A DNA stretch of 64,000 nucleotides from an uncultured Bacteroides sp. (GTDB lineage Bacteria > Bacteroidota > Bacteroidia > Bacteroidales > Bacteroidaceae): assembly GCF_949298305.1 (NCBI RefSeq), contig NZ_CASFWU010000006.1:3507-67506 (forward strand). Reading direction: 5' to 3'. Shown here in pieces: positions 58,595-64,000 of the stretch (within the stretch, counting starts at the first letter, position 1; the number at the start of each line of letters is the position of its first letter). The position numbers and the translations under genes are program-made. Below the pieces are notes generated by a model. The model was not told the DNA's origin and searched no databases. It was given only the letters and a program-made list of their open reading frames with translations.

Positions 58595-58685
58595 TGCCCG
58601 ATTATTCCGCACCGGGTCAGACAAAGAGCTTTCCAAGTGATTGGAGACCACCCGACGGAGCTAACTTATACATTATATATAAGAA

Positions 58686-59003
58686 ATGTACGCAATTGTA
58701 GAAATCAACGGCCAGCAGTTCAAGGCAGAAGCTGGCAAGAAACTGTTTGTACACCACATGCAGAACGCAGAAGCCGGTGCAACAGTAGAATTTGAAAAGG
58801 TTCTTTTGGTAGACAAAGACGGCAACATCACCGTAGGCGCTCCCACAGTAGACGGCGCAAAGGTTGTTTGCGAAGTGGTTACCGCCCTCGTAAAAGGTGA
58901 CAAGGTACTCGTTTTCCACAAAAAGAGAAGAAAAGGTTACCGCAAGCTGAACGGTCACCGTCAGCAATTCACAGAGTTGACAATCAAAGAAGTAGTAGCT
59001 TAA
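58686..59003 (+). CDS. rplU: 50S ribosomal protein L21
   Basis: [13 protein letters not shown]...[20 protein letters not shown]. Confidence 0.98.
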   Translation: MYAIVEINGQQFKAEAGKKLFVHHMQNAEAGATVEFEKVLLVDKDGNITVGAPTVDGAKVVCEVVTALVKGDKVLVFHKKRRKGYRKLNGHRQQFTELTIKEVVA

Positions 59004-59026
59004 TCAATTTAAAACAGTAAGAAGAA

Positions 59027-59296
59027 ATGGCACATAAAAAAGGTGTCGGTAGTTCTAAGAACGGCCGCGAATCGGAAAGCAAAAGATTAGGCGTTAAGAT
59101 ATTCGGTGGCGAGGCTTGCAAGGCAGGCAACATCATCGTTCGTCAGAGAGGTACTGAATTCCATCCGGGTAACAACATCGGCATGGGCAAGGACCACACT
59201 CTTTACGCCCTGGTAGACGGAACTGTACAGTTCAAGGTAGGACGGGAAGACAGACGTTATGTTTCTGTAATCCCCGCAGAAAGCGCAGAAGCATAA
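59027..59296 (+). CDS. rpmA: 50S ribosomal protein L27
   Basis: [33 protein letters not shown]. Confidence 0.98.
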   Translation: MAHKKGVGSSKNGRESESKRLGVKIFGGEACKAGNIIVRQRGTEFHPGNNIGMGKDHTLYALVDGTVQFKVGREDRRYVSVIPAESAEA

Positions 59297-59321
59297 GTTT
59301 TTGCCATATAAAAAAGAGACC

Positions 59322-59359
59322 AAAGGGATGCAATTAAAAGTTGCATCCCTTTCTTTTTT
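59322..59359 (+). terminator. Rho-independent terminator of rplU-rpmA
   Basis: aaagggatgcaa / ttgcatcccttt 12-bp stem followed by a T-tract. Confidence 0.9.
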
Positions 59360-59373
59360 AGGAAAGAATGAAC

Positions 59374-59381
59374 TACCTTTG
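59374..59381 (+). promoter_or_regulatory. -7 promoter box of TA operon
   Basis: TACCTTTG, 27 bp upstream of the ATG at 59408. Confidence 0.65.
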
Positions 59382-59407
59382 TCCGTAAAAGAAAGGAGGA
59401 GCTTCTT

Positions 59408-59731
59408 ATGAATACCATCGACCTGAATGCCTACCGCAACGAACTGGCACGCGAAATCCTCGCCACAGACAGCATCGAAGTGCTCGAAACCGTCTATCGG
59501 GCCTACCGGAAAGCTGTGAGCAAAGCGCAAAAGAGCCTTACCGTCCCCGCCCCCGAAGTTCAAGGGGACGAGTTTGCCGCTCATTGCAACGAGGAAACTG
59601 CCCCCTATTATACCCTGAAAGAACTGAACGACCGCATAGACGAAGCAGAAGCTCAAATTGCAGCGGGCGAAATACTGAGCAATGAAGAAGCCGATGCCGA
59701 ACTGAAAGAAAAACTGCCATGGCTGAAATAA
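59408..59731 (+). CDS. Putative type II antitoxin
   Basis: Small acidic protein (ELNDRIDEAEAQIAAGEILSNEE) directly upstream of, and overlapping by 13 bp, a RelE/ParE-like gene. Confidence 0.7.
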   Translation: MNTIDLNAYRNELAREILATDSIEVLETVYRAYRKAVSKAQKSLTVPAPEVQGDEFAAHCNEETAPYYTLKELNDRIDEAEAQIAAGEILSNEEADAELKEKLPWLK

Positions 59732-60039
59732 TATGGACTCGTAGAGCCAACCATGAACGCATCGCACCGCTGAGCTATGTAGAAAAGACATTCGGCATAC
59801 GCACTGCCGAACGAATATATGAACGCACCAACAGCTTCATCCATGCGCTGACCGCCCACCCTTTTTTAGGTTCTCCCGAACCTTTGCTCGAAAACCGTCG
59901 GACAGAATACCGCTCATTGGTCATTCACAAACATACCAAACTGATTTACCGGATACAGGCCGACAAGATATTCATCGTCGACTTGTGGGATACGAGGCGC
60001 GAACCCTCTCACCTGATAAGACGCATACGAGGCAAATAA
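59719..60039 (+). CDS. RelE/ParE-family type II toxin
   Basis: IIWTRRA N-terminus, HPFLG, YRSLVIHKHTKLIYRI, IFIVDLWDTRREP; basic, 106 aa. Confidence 0.8.
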   Translation: MAEIIWTRRANHERIAPLSYVEKTFGIRTAERIYERTNSFIHALTAHPFLGSPEPLLENRRTEYRSLVIHKHTKLIYRIQADKIFIVDLWDTRREPSHLIRRIRGK

Positions 60040-60075
60040 AGCCGCCGACAGGTATAAACCTCTATGATTTTTCCT

Positions 60076-60083
60076 TATCTTTG
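60076..60083 (+). promoter_or_regulatory. -7 promoter box of serS
   Basis: TATCTTTG. Confidence 0.65.
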
Positions 60084-60141
60084 TCCCGCAAAACCCTGCA
60101 TAAAACCTCTAAATGGATTATAAACCGAACAGAATATAGAT

Positions 60142-61416
60142 ATGCTTACCATTAAACAAATCACTGAGAACACAGACGCGGTGATCCGCGGACTGGAAAA
60201 GAAGCATTTCAAGAATGCCAAAGAAGCCATTGAACAAGTGCTGGCCTTCAACAACAAACGTAAAAGCACCCAAGCCGTATTAGATAACAACCTCGCCGAG
60301 GTGAATACCCTCTCCAAATCCATCGGTATGCTGATGAAGGAAGGGAAGAAAGACGAGGCTGAAACCGCCAAGAGCCGCGTGGCCGAGCTGAAGGAAGCCA
60401 ACAAGACCCTGCAGGCCGACATGGACCAGGCCGCACTGGACTTGCAACAGTTGCTCTACACCATCCCCAACGTACCCTACGACGAAGTGCCCGAAGGCGC
60501 TACCGCCGAAGACAACCTCGTTGTGAAGATGGGCGGCATGGAGACCGAGTTGCCCAAAGACGCCCTGCCCCACTGGGAACTGGCCAAGAAGTACGACATC
60601 ATCGACTTCGACCTGGGCGTGAAAATTACCGGTGCCGGCTTCCCCGTCTACAAAGGCAAAGGCGCCCGTCTGCAACGTGCCCTCATCAACTTCTTCCTGG
60701 ACGAAGCACGCGCATCAGGCTATACTGAAATCATGCCGCCCACGGTGGTGAATGCCGCTTCGGGCTACGGCACAGGCCAGCTGCCCGACAAGGAAGGCCA
60801 GATGTACCACTGCGAGGTGGACGACCTCTACCTTATCCCCACGGCTGAAGTACCTGTGACGAACATCTACCGCGATGTCATCCTCGACGAAAAGCAGCTT
60901 CCCATCAAGAACTGCGCCTACACCGAATGCTTCCGCCGCGAAGCCGGTTCCTACGGCAAGGACGTACGCGGACTGAACCGTCTGCACGAATTCTCGAAAG
61001 TAGAACTGGTGCGTATCGATACCCCCGAACACAGCAAGCAAAGCCATCAGGAAATGCTGGATCACGTAGAAGGCCTGCTCCAGAAGCTGGAACTGCCTTA
61101 CCGTATCCTTCGCCTCTGCGGCGGCGACATGAGCTTCACAGCTGCCATCTGCTACGATTTCGAAGTGTATAGCGAAGCACAGAAGCGCTGGCTGGAGGTA
61201 AGTTCCGTATCCAACTTCGACACCTATCAGGCCAACCGCCTGAAATGCCGCTACCGCACAGCCGAGAAGAAGACCGAGCTGTGCCACACGCTGAACGGAT
61301 CTGCCCTGGCCCTGCCGCGCATCGTGGCCGCCCTGCTGGAGAACAACCAGACCCCCGAAGGCATCCGCATCCCCAAGGCACTGGTGCCCTATTGCGGGTT
61401 TGACATGATAGACTGA
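60142..61416 (+). CDS. serS: Serine--tRNA ligase
   Basis: N-terminal coiled-coil arm, YLIPTAEVP, FRREAGSYGKDVRGLNRLHEFSKVE, EVSSVSN, HTLNGSALA. Confidence 0.98.
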   Translation: MLTIKQITENTDAVIRGLEKKHFKNAKEAIEQVLAFNNKRKSTQAVLDNNLAEVNTLSKSIGMLMKEGKKDEAETAKSRVAELKEANKTLQADMDQAALDLQQLLYTIPNVPYDEVPEGATAEDNLVVKMGGMETELPKDALPHWELAKKYDIIDFDLGVKITGAGFPVYKGKGARLQRALINFFLDEARASGYTEIMPPTVVNAASGYGTGQLPDKEGQMYHCEVDDLYLIPTAEVPVTNIYRDVILDEKQLPIKNCAYTECFRREAGSYGKDVRGLNRLHEFSKVELVRIDTPEHSKQSHQEMLDHVEGLLQKLELPYRILRLCGGDMSFTAAICYDFEVYSEAQKRWLEVSSVSNFDTYQANRLKCRYRTAEKKTELCHTLNGSALALPRIVAALLENNQTPEGIRIPKALVPYCGFDMID

Positions 61417-61431
61417 AACTGAGCCCATAGA

Positions 61432-61488
61432 AAGAGGTGTGTCAGGAATCCCGTGCCGCTCATGACACCCGATACCGGCACACCTCTT
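61432..61488 (+). terminator. Hairpin after serS
   Basis: aagaggtgtg / cacacctctt 10-bp IR followed by cctttt. Confidence 0.6.
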
Positions 61489-61562
61489 CCTTTTCCATGA
61501 ATTCCGCCCGTAGCGGGATGCAGCATATATTCTTTTAATCACTAACTTTAAATTCAATTTCT

Positions 61563-62774
61563 ATGGACAACAAATCCAACAACTTCGCGTTGCCGCTGAC
61601 ATTCATCGGCATCATGTTCTTCGCAATCGGTTTTGCACTGGGCATCAACTCGCTGCTGGTACCCGTGCTGCAAGGGTCACTGGGCATCTCCAATGCCGCT
61701 TCCTACCTGATTATCGCAGCCACGTTCATTCCGTTCCTGGTATTCGGCTATCCCGCCGGACTTACCATCAAAGCCATCGGCTACAAGCGCACCATGTCGC
61801 TGTCGTTCATCATCTTTGCCGTGGCCTTCTACCTGTTCATCCTCTCGGCCGACTACAAAAGTTTCAGCCTCTTCCTGCTGGCCTCGTTCATCAGCGGTGC
61901 GGCCAATGCTTACCTGCAAGCATCCGTAAACCCCTACATCACCATTCTGGGTCCGCTGGAGAGTGCCGCCAAACGCATCAGTATCATGGGTATCTGCAAC
62001 AAGATGGCGTGGCCCATACCGTCCATCTTCATCGTGTGGCTGCTGGGTAAGGACGTACACCTCATCGGCATTGAAGACCTGAACAAGCCGTTCATCATCA
62101 TCATCTGCGCTTTCGTAGCCCTGGGCATCATGGCTTTCTTCGCTCCCCTGCCCGAAGTGAAAGCTGAAGGAGAGGACGAAAGCGACGCCTCGTCCAGTGC
62201 CTCCAGCTATGCCGCCGGCAAGACTTCCGTCTTCCAGTTCCCCCACTTGCTGCTGGGCTGTCTGGCCTTGTTCCTCTACGTAGGTGTTGAGACCGTTTCA
62301 CTCGGAACGCTGGTAGACTATGCCAATTCACTCAAACTGCCGGGTGCGGCCAACTACGCCTGGATTGCCCCCATCGGCATCGTCATCGGCTACATCTGCG
62401 GCATCATCTTCATCCCGAAATACATCAGTCAGGCCGCCGCACTGAAGATATGCTCCATCCTGGCCATCATCGGTTCCCTGCTCGTGGTACTCACGCCGCA
62501 GGACATCTCCATCTACTTCATCTCGTTCATGGCACTGGGCTGCTCGCTGATGTGGCCTGCCCTGTGGCCGCTGGCCATGGCCGACCTGGGCAAGTTCACC
62601 AAGGCCGGTTCGTCGCTGCTCATCATGGCCATGTTCGGCGGTGCCGTCATCCCCACCCTCTACGGATGGCTGAAGGACGTCACCAGCCCACAGCAGGCCT
62701 ACTGGCTCTGCTTGCCCTGCTTCCTGTTCATCCTCTACTACGGTGTATCGGGGTATAAGATTCGGACAAAATAA
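61563..62774 (+). CDS. MFS sugar:H+ symporter (FucP/GluP family)
   Basis: About 12 TM segments; LQASVNPYITILGP, FLYVGVE, LMWPALWP, AMFGGAVIP. Confidence 0.88.
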   Translation: MDNKSNNFALPLTFIGIMFFAIGFALGINSLLVPVLQGSLGISNAASYLIIAATFIPFLVFGYPAGLTIKAIGYKRTMSLSFIIFAVAFYLFILSADYKSFSLFLLASFISGAANAYLQASVNPYITILGPLESAAKRISIMGICNKMAWPIPSIFIVWLLGKDVHLIGIEDLNKPFIIIICAFVALGIMAFFAPLPEVKAEGEDESDASSSASSYAAGKTSVFQFPHLLLGCLALFLYVGVETVSLGTLVDYANSLKLPGAANYAWIAPIGIVIGYICGIIFIPKYISQAAALKICSILAIIGSLLVVLTPQDISIYFISFMALGCSLMWPALWPLAMADLGKFTKAGSSLLIMAMFGGAVIPTLYGWLKDVTSPQQAYWLCLPCFLFILYYGVSGYKIRTK

Positions 62775-62802
62775 GAGGTAACCCCTCGGTGCTCATCAGA
62801 CA

Positions 62803-62903
62803 GCACACAGATAACACTGATTAGGACAGATAACCACAGATTGGAAAACAAGATAAAGGAAAAATCCGTGGCCATCTGTCCTAATCTGCGTTTATCTGTG
62901 TGC
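62803..62903. repeat. 101-bp imperfect palindrome (REP-like)
   Basis: gcacacagataa/ttatctgtgtgc (12 bp), gattaggacagat/atctgtcctaatc (13 bp), ccac-gatt/aatc-gtgg. Confidence 0.85.
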
Positions 62904-62953
62904 CATCCCAGCATCCGCACAGTACACAAGATGAACTTTCTTACCATTCTTTC

Positions 62954-62983
62954 TTTGTTATTAACAAATAAGCCGTATCTTTG
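62954..62983 (+). promoter_or_regulatory. Sigma-A promoter of oxidoreductase gene
   Basis: TTTG (62954-57), 18 nt, TATCTTTG (62976-83). Confidence 0.65.
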
Positions 62984-63039
62984 CAAAATCTATCAATCTG
63001 AAAGCAATTACGTAATTATAGAAACAAAATTAGTGGATA

Positions 63040-63999
63040 ATGAACAAAATCATTAGCAAAGAACAATTTTCAGAGAAAGTGTTCAAGTTCGAGGTGGAAG
63101 CTCCGCTCATTGCCCGCTCGCGCAAGGCCGGCCACTTCGTCATCGTCCGCGTGGACGCCAAGGGAGAACGCATGCCGCTGACCATTGCCGGAGCCGACGT
63201 GCAGAAGGGCACCATCACACTGGTGGTGCAGGAAGTGGGTCTCTCCTCCACCAAGCTATGCCAACTGAACGTAGGCGACTATATCCTCGACGTAGTAGGC
63301 CCGCTGGGACAGGCCACTCACATCGAAAAGTTCGGCACGGTCGTATGTGCCGGAGGCGGCGTGGGCGTAGCTCCCATGCTGCCTATCATTCAGGCGCTGA
63401 AGGAAGCAGGCAACCGCGTCATCTCCGTACTGGCCGGACGCAGCAAAGACCTGATTATCCTCGAAAACGAAGTAAGGAAGTCGTCTGACGAAGTCATCAT
63501 CATGACCGATGACGGCTCGTACGGTACTAAAGGTCTGGTGACCGAAGGCATCGAAAGCGTTATCAAACGCGAAAAGGTAGACAAATGCTTTGCCATCGGC
63601 CCCGCCATCATGATGAAGTTCTGCTGCCTGTTGACACAAAAATACAACATTCCGACCGACGTATCGCTGAACACCATCATGGTAGACGGCACAGGTATGT
63701 GCGGCGCCTGCCGCATCACCGTGGGCGGAAAGACGAAGTTCGTCTGCGTGGACGGCCCCGAATTCGACGGTCATCAGGTGGAATGGGACGAAATGTTCAA
63801 GCGTATGGGTTCATTCAAAGATGTGGAACGTGAGGAGATGAAGCACCTGGCCGAGTCTGTCTGCCACGCCATCCCGCAGGAAGAAGTTCAGACCGATACC
63901 ACCGCCTCAGGAGGTCTGATGAAAGACAGCACTCCGATGGAAGAACTCCTCGACCGCAAAGCACCGTGGCGCGAAGCCCTGCGCAAGAGCATGAAGCCG
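63040..63999 (+). CDS. NfnA/PyrK-like FAD/[2Fe-2S] subunit, probably fused to an NfnB/GltD-like domain; 3'-truncated by window edge (missing from ORF track)
   Basis: Read manually: MNKIISKE.., ERMPLTI, GPLG, AGGGVGVAP, DGTGMCGACR..VCVDGPEF. No stop through 63999, which is past the usual end of stand-alone NfnA. Confidence 0.88.
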   Translation, partial: MNKIISKEQFSEKVFKFEVEAPLIARSRKAGHFVIVRVDAKGERMPLTIAGADVQKGTITLVVQEVGLSSTKLCQLNVGDYILDVVGPLGQATHIEKFGTVVCAGGGVGVAPMLPIIQALKEAGNRVISVLAGRSKDLIILENEVRKSSDEVIIMTDDGSYGTKGLVTEGIESVIKREKVDKCFAIGPAIMMKFCCLLTQKYNIPTDVSLNTIMVDGTGMCGACRITVGGKTKFVCVDGPEFDGHQVEWDEMFKRMGSFKDVEREEMKHLAESVCHAIPQEEVQTDTTASGGLMKDSTPMEELLDRKAPWREALRKSMKP

Positions 64000-64000
64000 A

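Overview
This is a Bacteroidales (Bacteroides/Phocaeicola-like) chromosomal segment. About 1-42.3 kb is a very large xylan/arabinoxylan polysaccharide utilization locus (PUL). It contains a 5'-truncated hybrid two-component regulator (HTCS), three esterases (CE20/SASA-like, CE6 fused to GH95, CE1), GH97, two GH43_29-CBM6 paralogs, a GH43_10-like enzyme, GH127/146, GH10, GH5_21, a CBM4-interrupted GH10, a DUF5627-type lipoprotein, tandem susC-susD-susC-susD, GH31, and a second regulator. That second regulator looks like an HTCS stripped of its phosphorelay: the H-box His is replaced by Arg, and the ATPase and receiver domains are absent. Four PUL promoters share a YGTTACA-N14-YGTTACA-type direct repeat at a fixed distance from the Bacteroidetes -7 box. 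About 42.4-64 kb is mostly housekeeping: Nim-like flavin protein, HD protein, miaA, lipid kinase, kdsA, M16 peptidase, ABC pair, NlpC/P60, two GH92, HAD, rplU-rpmA, a RelE/ParE-type toxin-antitoxin pair, serS, an MFS sugar permease and a 3'-truncated NfnAB-like fusion. The intergenic DNA has unexplained periodic structure. Three dispersed arrays of TGC(AA/TT)GCA and one array of TATAAAG-N5-CTTTA all have an exact 22-bp period, and there are also 7-8-bp-period arrays and long palindromes. I found no rRNA, tRNA, CRISPR-cas, transposase or integrase. All family assignments come from motif recognition by eye, not database searches.
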